Shown here piece by piece: positions 40,133 to 52,656 of a stretch of DNA of 64,000 nt. The notes below the pieces were generated by a model. That model did not search any database and was not told where the DNA came from. It saw only the letters and a program-made list of their open reading frames with translations. Source of the DNA: Octopus sinensis. Lineage: Eukaryota. The translations under genes were made by a program, and so were the position numbers. The stretch covers positions 9,672,001-9,736,000 of the forward strand of contig NC_043005.1 of assembly GCF_006345805.1 (NCBI RefSeq). Reading direction: 5' to 3'. The number at the start of each line of letters is the position of its first letter. Within the stretch, counting starts at the first letter, position 1.

Positions 40133-40447
40133 AAGGAGCACTCCGTCGGTTACGACGACGAGGGTGCCAGCTGGTACGATCAATGGAACAGCTTGCTCGG
40201 GAAATTAACGCGCAAGTGACGGAGCACTCCACAGACGCGTGTACCCTTAACATAGTTCTCAGGGAGATTCAACGTGACACGGAGTGTGACGAGGCTGGTC
40301 CTTTGAAATACAGTTACAGCTCATTTTTGCCAGCTGAGTGGACTGGAGCAACATGAAATAAAGTGTCTTGCTCAAGGACACAACGCGTCGCCGGGAATTG
40401 AACTCACGACCTTACGAACATGAGCCGAATGCCCCTAACCACTAAGC
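40133..40447 (-). mobile_element. SINE family C, full length
   Basis: Reverse complement of 9673-9996, including GTGTCTTGCTCAAGGACACAAC and GGGAATTGAACTC. Confidence 0.9.
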
Positions 40448-40468
40448 CTCGAGCTTTCACATCTATCC

Positions 40469-40615
<147 letters not shown>

Positions 40616-40800
40616 GCGATATTTCATCTGCCGTTATGTTCTGAGTTCAAATTTCGCCGAGGTCGACTTTGCCTTTCATCCTTTCGGGGTCGATAAATAA
40701 AGTACTAATTTCGCACTGGGGTCGATGTAATCGACTTAATCCGTTTGTCTGTCCTTGTTTGTCCCCTCTATGTTTAGCCCCTTGTGGGCAGTAAAGAAAT
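40616..40800 (+). mobile_element. SINE family A, 5'-truncated
   Basis: B box, central domain and AGTAAAGAAAT tail. Confidence 0.88.
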
Positions 40801-40878
40801 ATATATATAAAATTTTTAAGACATATATATTCCGGAGGCATCGATACAGACGCCTCGTGCATATTTGTCTCTCCCAGG

Positions 40879-40980
40879 TTTTTTACTGATGAAGTGTGAC
40901 CTATGGTAGATTAGCTTAATATAATTTAATTAAGCTAGTTTAATCATTAATAACACAGAAACGATGCATCGTCTAAAAGA
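40879..40980 (+). ncRNA. Type I hammerhead ribozyme, copy 1
   Basis: TTTTTTA-CTGATGA(40886-40892)-AGTGT..TAGCTTAAT/ATTAAGCTA hairpin..ACACA-GAA-ACGATGCATCGT(palindrome 40961-40972)-C-TAAAAGA; GUC cleavage after 40973; A-A mismatch at the base of stem II. Confidence 0.75.
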
Positions 40981-41352
40981 TGAATTAGGGTAAATGTTTT
41001 TAAATTTTCACCTAATTTCTGAATTACTACTACTTGGCGGTGTGAGTTCTGGCTGCTCTCTCTGGTGGACGAATGGCCTGTTAAGGCCACTCCTAAATTG
41101 TTATATTTATATATTTAATTTTTGACTATTTTCTCTTTTCCACTAGGCCGCTGGTAGCGATAAATTTCTATTGAATTTTTTGCTACCCTAAATTGACTAA
41201 TTGATAATTTTCTGAATAATTCTGAGATTGAATCGGCAGTTTATATTTACTGCTGATAAGTTTGGCGCGAATACGTCGGTCTTGAAAATTTTTAAGACAG
41301 ATATTCCGGAGGCATCGATACAGACGCATCGTGTATATTTGTCTCCCCCAGG

Positions 41353-41454
41353 TTTTTTACTGATGAAGTGTGACCTATGGTAGATTAGCTTAATATAATT
41401 TAATTAAGCTAGTTTAATCATTAATAACACAGAAACGATGCATCGTCTAAAAGA
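41353..41454 (+). ncRNA. Type I hammerhead ribozyme, copy 2
   Basis: Same motif: CTGATGA 41360-41366, GAAA 41432-41435, GUC cleavage after 41447. Confidence 0.75.
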
Positions 41455-41585
41455 TGAATTAGGGTAAATGTTTTTAAATTTTCACCTAATTTCTGAATTA
41501 CTACTACTTGGCGGTGTGAGTTCTGGCTACTCTCTCTGGTGGACGAATGGCCTGTTAAGGCCACTCCTAAATTGTTATATAATAT

Positions 41586-41619
<34 letters not shown>

Positions 41620-41647
41620 TATATAATATAATATATATATATATAAT

Positions 41648-43621
41648 ATGACAATGGTGAAAAAAATCAACCAATTAAAATATTCCCACACGCAACATCC
41701 ACATTCAACAACAATGAAAAGACTAGAGCTGGAAAAACTTCATCTGCAGACTAACATGAAAACCTCCATTGAAAATCAAAGAGCTGTGAAGGAACAATGG
41801 GTAATCAGAAACATCAAACAGAACCCAAAAGTGTTCTATTCTTATGCAAATAAGCATAGAACCACTGTCTCACCTATTGGGCCATTGATTGATGAAAACG
41901 GCATTCCCCAACACGATGCTAAAGGAATGGCAGAAATACTGCAGAAACAATATTGCTCTGTCTTCAGTGTTCCCACTGATATTGATGTGAGGGAAACGAA
42001 CGAAGCTGACTCCCAACACAAAATCGCAGACATAACCTTCACTGCCACCGACATCGTAGCAGCAATAAATGAGGTCAAACATTACTCCGCTGTAGGCCCT
42101 GATAGATTTCCCGCCAGTCTCCTGAAGGAATGTGGATATCAACTTGCAGTCCCTCTGACCAACCTCTGGAGAAACTCGTTAGACGCAGGTTATATACCGA
42201 ATCAGTTTCTATCCCAGTCGGTCATCGCGGTTTTCAAACAGGGAAACAGATCCCTCGCAGTCAACTATCGCCCAATCTCACTCACCTCCCACATCATTAA
42301 AGTGTTTGAAAGAGTGTTAAGATCAAGGATAGCTGACTTCCTGGAGACCCACAAACTCCTAAATTCAAATCAGCATGGTTTTCGCTGTGGCAGGGACTGT
42401 CTAACACAGCTCTTACACCACATTGAAGATGTACTCAAAGCCTTGAGAACAGGTTCGAACTCTGACGTCATATACCTTGACTTCAGTAAAGCGTTCGACA
42501 GGGTAGACCATAACATCCTACTCTCAAAACTGCCAAATGTTGGAATCCGTGGAAAAGTTCTACACTGGATTCAGTATTTCCTAGCGAATAGAACACAACA
42601 TGTTGTAGTTGATGGAGTGCACTCAAACCCAGCAAAAGTCACCAGCGGTGTTCCCAGGGAACTGTTTTGGGTCCGCTACTCTTCATAATTTATGTAAACG
42701 ACCTTTCCAGTGTCGTACATCACTGCAAAGTGAAAATATTCGCTAATGACACTAAGCTCCAGCAAATCGTCAATGAAGAAGCAGACCGAACTCAACTCCA
42801 GTCTGACCTATATGCTGTGAGTCAATGGGCAGACAGAAACAAAATGCAACTGAATGAGGGAAAATTTGAGCTGATGCATTTTGGAAGAAAGAAATTCCTC
42901 ACTAAAACAACCATACTCTCTTCCTTCAGGGGAACCGCTCACAGCCTCTAACAATATCAGAGACCTGGGTGTAATTGTTGATGACGATCTCAGTTGGAGT
43001 GCACACATCAACAAGAAGGTCGATACAGCTCGTAGGATGAGTTCCTGGATCTTAAGAACTTTCCGGTCCAGAGAACAAGGTGTCATCATACCACTTTTTT
43101 CATCCTTTGTACGGCCACACCTTGAATACTGCTGCCCACTGTGGTCTCCTCACACAAGACAAAACATCTCCAGAATTGAGTCACCCCAGAGGGCTCTCAC
43201 TAAACAAATTGAAGGCATGGCTGCTCTCGATTATTGGGATCGCCTTAAAGCCTTGAAACTTTACTCCCTCCAGCGTCGCCGTGAGCGGTACATCATTTGT
43301 ACGATGTGGAAAATATACCGCCAACTTTGCCCAAATGACCTAAACATTAGCTTCATGGTTCATCCGAGACTTGGACCACGGGCTATACGTCCCCTGCAAA
43401 ATTCAAGATCACAACATACATGTACACTGCAACATAATTTCTTTTCCTCAACAGGTCCTGCCCTATTTAACATTGTCCCGAGGGAGATCAAAGAGGAAAA
43501 GGATCCCATCAACTTCAAACAGAGTCTGGATAGATTCCTTCAAAGAATACCAGACAAGCCACCCATAATTGGATACAACTCACCCAACAAGAACTCACTA
43601 CTTGAACAAAACTTGACTTAA
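41648..43621 (+). pseudogene. LINE ORF2 reverse transcriptase pseudogene
   Basis: NYRPISLTSHIIKVFE, NQHGFR, YLDFSKAFDRVDH, SGVP(frameshift)GTVLGPLLF, FANDTK (catalytic D to N), DLGV, VRPHLEYC, LYSLQRRRERY; two frameshifts. Confidence 0.9.
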
Positions 43622-43712
43622 ACAGGATTCGAATAATCCTATCAGGTGGTGCTATTAAGTTAGACATGGCCTGGACCAATCTCTGGTCGAAGCATATCTA
43701 AGTTTTATCTAA

Positions 43713-43717
<5 letters not shown>
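41650..43717 (+). mobile_element. 5'-truncated, frameshifted CR1/L2-group LINE
   Basis: ORF pieces 41648-42688, 42667-42951 and 42881-43621 join into one RT protein; ATCTAAGTTTT x2 tail; (TA)n on both sides. Confidence 0.93.
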
Positions 43718-43782
<65 letters not shown>

Positions 43783-44170
43783 TATAAATGGCACAACGAA
43801 GCACCGATATTTACTGGAAAATAGCGAACGCAATAAATACGACACTAATGTATAGCTATACATATTGCATTACTATTTTCATATATATATAAACGCGCGC
43901 GGGCACGTGTGTGTGCGTGTGGTGTATTCATTTTTGGTGTGAAGGGTGAAGGTGGTCATGTGCCGATATGTTGCTTGTGTGAAATATATTTGCGACTTAT
44001 TTGGAAATATATGGGGTTTTTTACGCACAGTTGTTTTGAATACGTATTTCAACCAACCATCTAATCAAATATGAACAAAGAAGATTGTCGCCTGATCAGC
44101 TGCGCAACAGAAGAATATTGCCGAATGGTATCATATATAGAGAAACGTCAGAGAAACGGTGTACGGTAAT

Positions 44171-44271
<101 letters not shown>

Positions 44272-45071
44272 TGTGTGTGTGCGTGTGTGTGTGTGTGCGT
44301 GTGTGTGTCTGTGTGTTTGTGCACGCGCCTGTGTGCGTGTGCATTATTCAGTTTTGCTTTGATTGATCATTTTACGAAATATATCGTTTGACTCAGATTT
44401 TCTGATGTTCTCTACACTTTCAGCTTTCAGTCATCTTCAGATAAAGTCACTGAAATTTTCTTCAAATTATTTCCGGCACTTGGCAAAAATAGAGAAAAGT
44501 GATAGTAAGAGACAAAAATAAAAAAAGGAATAGAAAGGCGTAACAGGGAAAATCATATAAATAGAAAATAAAAAATCTTAATCCATGTTTGGCACGTGAC
44601 CAACCATCTTTCAACCTGAGCAACAGTCAAAGTAGGTATTAATCGGTAACCTTTGCTCTGTTGTAGGATATTGTCAGTAACACTTTTCTGTGTATATCAC
44701 TTCCTGTTAGTCTCGCTTGAACATCGAAGGTATAGTCTTGCCTCAAACCTAAGGTAAGACAAAGATAGTTAGATTTGAGACAGACGTAACGTAGCATTGG
44801 TCTGGCCTTGAAGTACACGTGAAGGATATCTCTCGAGTGTGCTTTGGATAGCGTTTATATTTATTTTTCGGTACACTCTGAATATAAGGGTTCACTACAC
44901 CTGATAAAATTTCATAAACAATACAGGTAAGATATGATTAAATGTATATTATATCCCCTATAATATATGCTATATATTATACAATTAAGGTTGGCTTCTA
45001 CATTGAATTAAATGATCTAAGGACAGAATGCAAACACGTCTTTGATATATTACTCTTTTACTCTTTTACTA

Positions 45072-45468
45072 TTTTACTTGTTTCAGTCATTTTACTGCGG
45101 CCATGCTGGAGCACCACCTTTGATCGAGCAACTCGACCCCGGGACTTATCCTTTTTGTAAGCCCAGTACTTTTTCTATCGGTCTCTTTTTGCCGAACCGC
45201 TAATTGACGGGGACGTAAACACACCAGTATCGGTTGTCAAGCAATGCTAAGGGGACAAACACAGACACACAAACACACACACATATATATAGATACATAT
45301 ATACGACAGGCTTCTTTCAGTTTCCATCTACCAAATCCACTCACAAGGCATTGGTCGGCCCGGGGCTATAGCAGAAGACACTTGCCCAAGATGCCACGCC
45401 GTGGGACTGAACCCGGAACCATGTGGTTGGTTAGCAAGCTACTTACCACACAGCTACTCCTGCGCCTA
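45072..45468 (-). mobile_element. SINE family B, full length
   Basis: From ATAGGCGCAGGAGTAGCTGTGTGG (minus) through B-box-like GGTTCAGTCCC to the GACTGAAACAAGTAAAA tail. Confidence 0.92.
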
Positions 45469-45765
45469 TTATTGATGTTTCTAACTTATGTTCAGGACTT
45501 TCACAATTAAAAGCAAAAGGTAACATCAGCCAGAAAGCACGTTATCCTCAAATGTAAGGCATGGCCCTATTGCTTGCAACAGACTGTATTCAGCTAAATT
45601 ATGTAGATGTAGACTGATTGGCACCTATATTATCGACATGCGGAGTAAAAACCAAATGTGTTGTTGGTACTCCGCTATGGAATATCAGTTCGCATTTTAC
45701 TGTATATCATGGCATTTCTATTTTGTATAGTTGCACTGTATGATGAATAATTTTTGCTGCATATA

Positions 45766-46164
45766 TCTTTCTTTATGAAAGTGAGGTTGTGTGCTGTCTG
45801 TCTCCTACGATTTAGATTCCTAACTACTCCCACATTTTGCGGTGCAGTTTAACCAAAACCGAGTATCTTATAGTCGTGATTCATATCGAGCCCTTCTGGA
45901 TATTAGCGCGCATCTACGATGAGATTACGATTTTTTAAAAAAATTAGCATGATTTTTTTCCATTTTAATGCATTTTTTCGCTATTATATAAGGGAAGTAA
46001 CTCCCTAAAAATGTCTACGATGAGTCAACGATTTAAAAAAAAATTACCATCATTTTTTTCCTTTTTTAATGCATTATTTTGCTATTCTTTGGCTACAACT
46101 CTCTAAAAATGCTTATATAGTTATTTCCCTTACAAGCCCAAGCAACGCCGGGCGATACTGGTAG
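45766..46164 (+). mobile_element. Non-autonomous Helitron
   Basis: Starts TC after A, ends GTAG (CTAG variant) before T; GC-rich hairpin GCCCAAGCAACGCCGGGC just upstream of the end; internal tandem subrepeat (CTACGATGAG..TTACCATCATTTTTTT). Confidence 0.7.
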
Positions 46165-48431
46165 TATTTATTAATTCATATATTGTGCAAGAGGGAAGGA
46201 GATACTTGAATTTAAGAAATTTTAAGTACAAGAAAAACTGGAGTATGAGATTCTGAAGATGCAGCGGTGCACATGCCAGTATGTAAATTTCGCAAAAATG
46301 GTATGAAGTGCGTAAAGCTAAGACTTGAATGGAAGAGAGTCAAGCTGTGTGGAACTGTGGTAAACAAGAATTGGACAGAAAGACTAAACCGAAAATAAAG
46401 ACGGAAGGGGAAGAAGTTAAAGTGCCACCAACCGTTTTCGTAAACACGATCAAATACTTGAGCTTTAAAGCATTATGAAGAAATCGCAGAGGATAAATAG
46501 TTTAAAGGATTAACTTACAAGGCAGTGTTGCCATCTTGGCATTATGCACCTGGAATTTTGCGGATTCGTGCGGATTCCCAAGCCATGCACCGATTATACT
46601 GTATATTTGAACAAGATTCTACATGCATTCTAAATTTGCTACTAGCAGTTGCTAATTTTTCCCCGAATCACACTCCACACTCCATGTTGGATAAGATTGT
46701 TCTGGCTATACTAGGGACTGAAAATAGATGGAGGAAATGAAATCAGGAATGACTTCTTGCTAGACAATAACAACCAATAACAACAAATTTTCAAGCAATA
46801 TATAGACATGTATATATAGACATGTAGGTATACAGAGGGTACGCATGTAAGGTATACAAGGTATATATACAAAACAAAGGCATTCTTATCTTTACAACAA
46901 TACTTATAACACCACAATATGATATATGCGTATGCAAGAAAGAAGCGTTTATATGGTTGCTTGATTTGTTAGTTATAGCAACCAAATCTGCATTAAAGCT
47001 CCACCTACCGTCCTGAGACATAAACTAGACATTGCACTATGTGACCCACGGTATGTTGTTTCTGAAAGGGAAAAAGGGAATATCATTAATTACAGGTCAC
47101 CTAGATAAGAATTGAAGCAATAGAAAACAGTTGTAATAATCTATTGTTCTACCGGTGCAAAGAAATGTTTGTTTCTGTTATTACGATGTGTATCTTAATG
47201 TATGTTGACGGAATAATCACATGTTCTATGTACATCAGTTATATGTCCCATGTAGGATATCTGCTTTGACTGCATTTAAATGTCTCAGTGTTAATGAATG
47301 TTAGCTTTCTATAATCGATTTCTTTCTTAATGTCACCACACGATTACTACTATCTGCCGCATGTTTTGTAATACATCCTGAAAATATGTGTTGTCATTGC
47401 TAAATTTATATTCAAAAATAAACATCATCGTTACATACAGTATATGCTTACACTAAATAAATACACTGTCTTATTTTTAATTTCAGTGTTGTGTACTCTC
47501 CAATGAAATCGATGCATAAACTTTATTAAAGAGAAACGGCGCTATGAGTAAGAATGGTTTATTTTCCTTGAAAAGCACGCGATCATTTTGGAGTTTGTTA
47601 TCCAATACATCTCTTACTGTATAAAGAAGACTCGAATGACATATCGTATCGAAACACAAGATGACGTGTTTAATATTTAAATATGCTGTATACATATATA
47701 AGAGCATATCATTGTTAATCAGAGAAACATCTCATTAATGAATAAGGTGCCGATAAGTCCAGCAATTTCAACATTTCATACTCAAAGAAGTCTTTCGTCC
47801 ACCATTATTTATTATTGGAAAGGCTGTGTGAAAATTATACTTCAGTACACCAGCAATAATTCCCAAGACATTATGGTGCTTATTGTAGAAATATTCCTGA
47901 GATTATGTGGCAATTTATTGATTGGCAGTAATATTTACCCAGCGGTCCCCAATGCTACGCATACATGTTTGCCTTACTGCTTAGCAGAATTAAATATCCC
48001 TTTGAAAATATTATTTTCTGTGAAAACAGTTGTATTTTAGCACATAAGCTAAACATTGCAGCACACTCCAGTCACTTGTCTTACTTTTAACTTCATAAGA
48101 TCATGAATGTACACTGTATAGCTGTGTATATACATGGAACGCATGAACTTTTATAGACAAGTGAGCATGCGTGAGTATGTGTACGATATCATTTATCAAT
48201 ATCTTTCAGAAACAGGAAGTCGTACATCTCTATCAGACAGTGTTTTTCATTACATTTCAAACAAATTGCTCGCTTGCTCTCTGAAAATTTAATGATACTA
48301 CACGTGTCTCAGTTTGACTAAATATATACACTTGTATATCTGTGTATATGTTTGTGCTGGGCCGTGTATGTGTGTGTGTGTGTGTGTGTGTATGTTTATT
48401 GAGAATAACAAGGTAGTCAAAATGTTGGACG

Positions 48432-49722
48432 TTTATATATTTTTATTTACATTTTTAGCGCTGTCTTCCCTTATTGGATTTATCAAAAAAGTGGTTTACA
48501 GTAAGTTTGCTTCATCCTTTTTATATAAAACTGAAAGTTATGATGTCTAAGGAAGGGAGAGAGAGAGAGGAGGAGGAAGGAAAAGAGGAACAAATTAGAA
48601 AGGAAGATGCATGGGTGAGAGAAGCCGAGAGAGTTGGGGATGGTGAGGATAGAGAAAAGAAAAGAAAGTAGAAGGAATGTATTTGGGGAGTTTGTGAAGG
48701 AAGGGAAGAGAAAGAAGAAATAAGTTTAGGGGTAAAGGAGGCGTGACTTTTGTATCAGTGTGGTCAGACTTGTTTGTTTTTGTTTTTCCACTTAGTGACC
48801 TTTTTGGTCGGAAAAAAGGAACGTTTGTATTCAAGTGGTCAAAGATTTTAATTGGAAAACCAGATGTTGTTTTTGACTCTCTCCAATATTACTAAATCTG
48901 TAGGTCTTTGTTTTTTCAATTTTATAATGTAAGGGGTGGGTAGAATGGTTGTATGGATGTGGTCAAGTATTTTTTATTAATATTCCAGATGTTGTTTTTG
49001 ATTTAGACGTGTATGGCTACTTTTTTAAAGGAGTGATTTTTATGGTTTTAAATAAAATCTGAAAAAAAGTATAAGTGTGGGAAAGTGTTTCTCAGTTATA
49101 AATATGATCTGAATTTCTTTAAAAAAAATCATAAATATGGTCTGAGTTTTAAAAAAAGGGGGAGAGGGGAAAATCTAAATGTCAATGAAAAATACCTTTC
49201 TTAAGTGAATATATTCACAATTATAAATACAACTAAATCAAACGATCAGAATTCACAAAACATAGGAAATCATAAATATAATCTGAGGGGGGGGGGTGCG
49301 GAATGTCCATGGAAATATACATTCTCCCCAGGGTTGATTGGTTTCGTACAGGTTATGTTTGGAAGGGGCCAAACATGGTTATTTTAGAATTCGCTGATAA
49401 AAAAAAGCCACGCCTCTTTTACCTTCCCCTTCCCCTCAAACTTTTGTCTTCTGCCATTACCCTTCCTTCACAAACCCGCACAACACTCTCCTACTCTCTC
49501 ATTTCGCTTCTTTACCTTCACTATCATCCACTCTCCCCTCTCCTCCCATCTTGTACCTTCCTTTCTAATTTGTTCATCTCCCCCTCTCCCCCTTCTCTCT
49601 ACCTTTCTAAAACATCATCAGTTTCAATTTTATATAAAAAGTCGAAACAAACTTACTGTAAACCACGTTTTGATACACCCGATAACGGAAGAAAGCGCTA
49701 CAAATGTAAATAAATATATATA
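48432..49722. mobile_element. Foldback element with ~330-bp imperfect terminal inverted repeats
   Basis: GTGGTTTACAGTAAGTTTG (48491-48509) pairs with 49648-49666; GAACAAATTAGAAAGGAAG (48588-48606) pairs with 49557-49575; matches continue to about 48762 and 49392. Confidence 0.8.
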
Positions 49723-50537
49723 TACACATCTATTCATGGATTCAAAAATTCTCTACATATGTATGTTAATATTTATACACACACACACACACAGGCACAT
49801 ATATATGTGCATATATATGCGTGTGTTTGTGTGTGCATGTGTGTGTGTATGTATATGTACATACATACACACACATGCACACTCACACACACATATATAT
49901 ATATGTGTGTGTGTGTGTGTGTTTGTGTGTGTGAGTGTATGTGTGTGTGTGTGCGTGCGTGTATATGTATATACATACAAAAGTACATAAGTGTAGTGTG
50001 CATGAAAACATCCTGCAATTTAAACAATTTAACAAATGAAATTTGGCGGAATTTATCAAATGAATAACAGTGATGTAGCTAAGAATGTCGAAGAACAGAA
50101 GACACGGCGTGATTCACTAGATACCAAAAGAGCCAGGAAGTGGGAAGCACAATATGTGTGTTCAGAATAATGCTGTTGAGAGGAAGGCCTCAAAGGTGCA
50201 CATTCTTTTCTGACGGCTCTATAAGCCTACTAGTGTCCAGTATGTGGTAGCACTTGTATCTGCAACGTGTTGCAATTAATCTTGTAATGTGGTTTGTAAA
50301 ACAGTTGGGTGAATCATCATAAAATGATAGCTTTTGATGTAGGCCCAATGCATGAAATTTTGTGGAAAGATAAAGACGATTATATCGGCACCTGTACTTA
50401 ACTAGTAAATTATTTTATCGACCCCAGACATATGAAAGACAAAGTTAATCCCGGTGATTTTGAACTTAGAATGTAATTTTCTAGAGCTTTATAACATTTC
50501 TGCTAATCCATTCCCCGCCTTTGATCAAGTATATACG

Positions 50538-50699
50538 AGGGGCTTCTTTCAGTTTTTGTTTACCCAATGAACTCACACGACTTTGGTTGGCTTGAGGCTA
50601 TAGTAGAAGACACTACCCAAGGTGCCACGCAGTAAAACTGAACCCGGAACCATGTGGTTGGTAAGCAAGCTTCTTACCACACAGCCATTTTTGCGCCTA
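50538..50699 (-). mobile_element. SINE family B 5' half
   Basis: GAACCCGGAACCATGTGGTTGGTAAGCAAGC..CCACACAGCC..GCGCCTA. Confidence 0.85.
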
Positions 50700-52196
50700 A
50701 TTATATTATCAAACATAGATAACTAATAGTACTTCTACAGTTTCCATCTCATAAAAATAACCCATCAGATATGATTTGAGAGTGATTTTGTTTTACGTTT
50801 TGTAGATTGATGATCCTGGATGTCGTTTACCATAATCATGTGGAGCAGTGTATGAATCAAAAGCAATTTTTTTATCACTTAAACTCGTTGACAAATTTTA
50901 CTGATCGTATTTTGTTCGTGAATGAGAATGTTGTGTTTTTTTTTTTGTTATCATTATACCATTTCTGAACCCATACATAACACAGTCTCGTGGGTAATTA
51001 GGGAACGTTATATTTCTAGAAATGTGACACAGGTGAATGTAAAAAAGCTTCGTCAGTGACAAGTGTGTTAATACTAATGAGAAGTATATTTTCCATGGCC
51101 ATATTTATCATTGGATTATATTACTATGTGACAAAATCTCTAAAGGCTAGGCTTTAGAATTTGGTTTCCAAGAAGATCGGAACAGGAAACGAGTGATTGG
51201 CACAGTGCAGCTGGAATATACTCTTGCAACTGTCAAAAAATATTCCAGAATTTCCGCTTCTAAACTAATAGCTGCTCATAAGAGAGAATAATATTACTCA
51301 ATTATTTACTAACTGTTGTCTTGCAATGATGAATGGTAATACTTGCTAAGAATAGCATTTCGTTAGAACTCACATTCAGAGCAGAGTCTCGATATAGAAG
51401 AGAACAAAAAGAAGAAATGAGAAATTTGTTTAAATCTTTATTTAGTGGAGCTGAATAGATCTGGAAATGCGATATATAATAACTCGAAACTTTGTGGAAA
51501 TAATAAAGTATATTTGCATAGCTCTTGAGCATTTTAAGTTAAAGATTTAATTATTTACTCTCAATTGCAAACTATCGACTAATTGCGATTAAAAATGTCT
51601 CGTAAGAGATTAATACAGTCACTTTTCATTTTTAGATATAAAAAACGACGAATTAAAATATATGCAATAGAATATTATTAGGTTAATAAATTCGCAGGAA
51701 GACATTCATTTTTATTTTACTTCTTTCTTTTCCTTTTGCTTAGTTATGTGCAGGAGTTCGGTATCGATTTGTGAAGATATCAATGCATAATTATGTTATA
51801 ATTAATTCTTGGCTATGTCCAAAATCACCATTCAGTAAATGAATTATTACCAAAGTTATTAGAACGCAATGATGTCTTGGAAAATATAGATGAAATAAAT
51901 TGCATTTCCTCCTATGCAACATATGATGCTGTTTATATGTACATGTGTATATTAGTGTACATGAGTGTGAGCAATGAATATCTATGCATATCTGTGTATA
52001 TATACACACACATATATGTATGTATGTATTTACTTATGTATGCATGTATGCATGTGTACACACACACACATTTATAGAAAGACAGATAGAATCGCATGAA
52101 TGTGTATAATATTATGTGTCCAAATTATTCCGAGGTCGACTGAGTCCATCCTTATGGAGTCGATAAAATAAATTTCAGTCGAGTACTACGGTACAT

Positions 52197-52474
52197 GAGG
52201 AGGCACATGGCCTAGTGGTTAGAGCAGCGGACTCGCGGTTGAGAGATCGCGGGTTCGAATCTCAGAGCGGGTGATGTGTGTGTTTATGAGCGAAACACCT
52301 AAGCTCCACGCGGCTTTGTCATACCCTGTATCACGGTGAATCTCCCCGAGAACTACGTCAAGGGTAGACGTGTCTGTGGAGTGCTCAGCCACTTGCACGT
52401 TAATTTCATGAGCAAGCTGTTCCGTTGATCAGCTTAACTGGGACACTCGTCGTAACCGACGGAGTGAGTGCCAA
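52197..52474 (+). mobile_element. tRNA-derived SINE with a different head and the family C tail
   Basis: TGGCCTAGTGG A box, GGTTCGAATCT B box; from GAATCTCCCCGAGAACTACG to AACCGACGGAGT it matches family C. Confidence 0.85.
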
Positions 52475-52596
52475 AGATGTGCGTAATCTCTTATAGTAAA
52501 GTACAAATGACAGTTGACTCAAAAGTACAAAATCTGCCTCACTCTGGAAAGAGGACAGCAAAAGTGTTTGTGATAGAGAGTGTGTGTGCGTATGTG

Positions 52597-52656
<60 letters not shown>

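Larger units (their letters stand above)
40809..41580 (+). mobile_element. Hammerhead-bearing partial tandem (repeat A 40809-41106, spacer 41107-41284, repeat A' 41285-41580); PLE pLTR-like or retrozyme-like
   Basis: Two ~296-bp direct repeats differing at only a handful of positions, each with a hammerhead; (TA)n on both flanks; no ORF. Confidence 0.8.

Noticed and set aside
40809-41580. Direct repeats considered as a CRISPR array or LTR pair
   Set aside because: Only two long repeats, no TG..CA ends or PBS/PPT, eukaryotic context; the hammerheads explain them better.
44705-44760. Candidate micro-exon ending AAG|GTAAGA
   Set aside because: No supporting homology or neighbouring exons.
46525-48040. 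70-100 aa ORFs in non-repetitive DNA
   Set aside because: Lengths are within chance expectation and no domain is recognisable.
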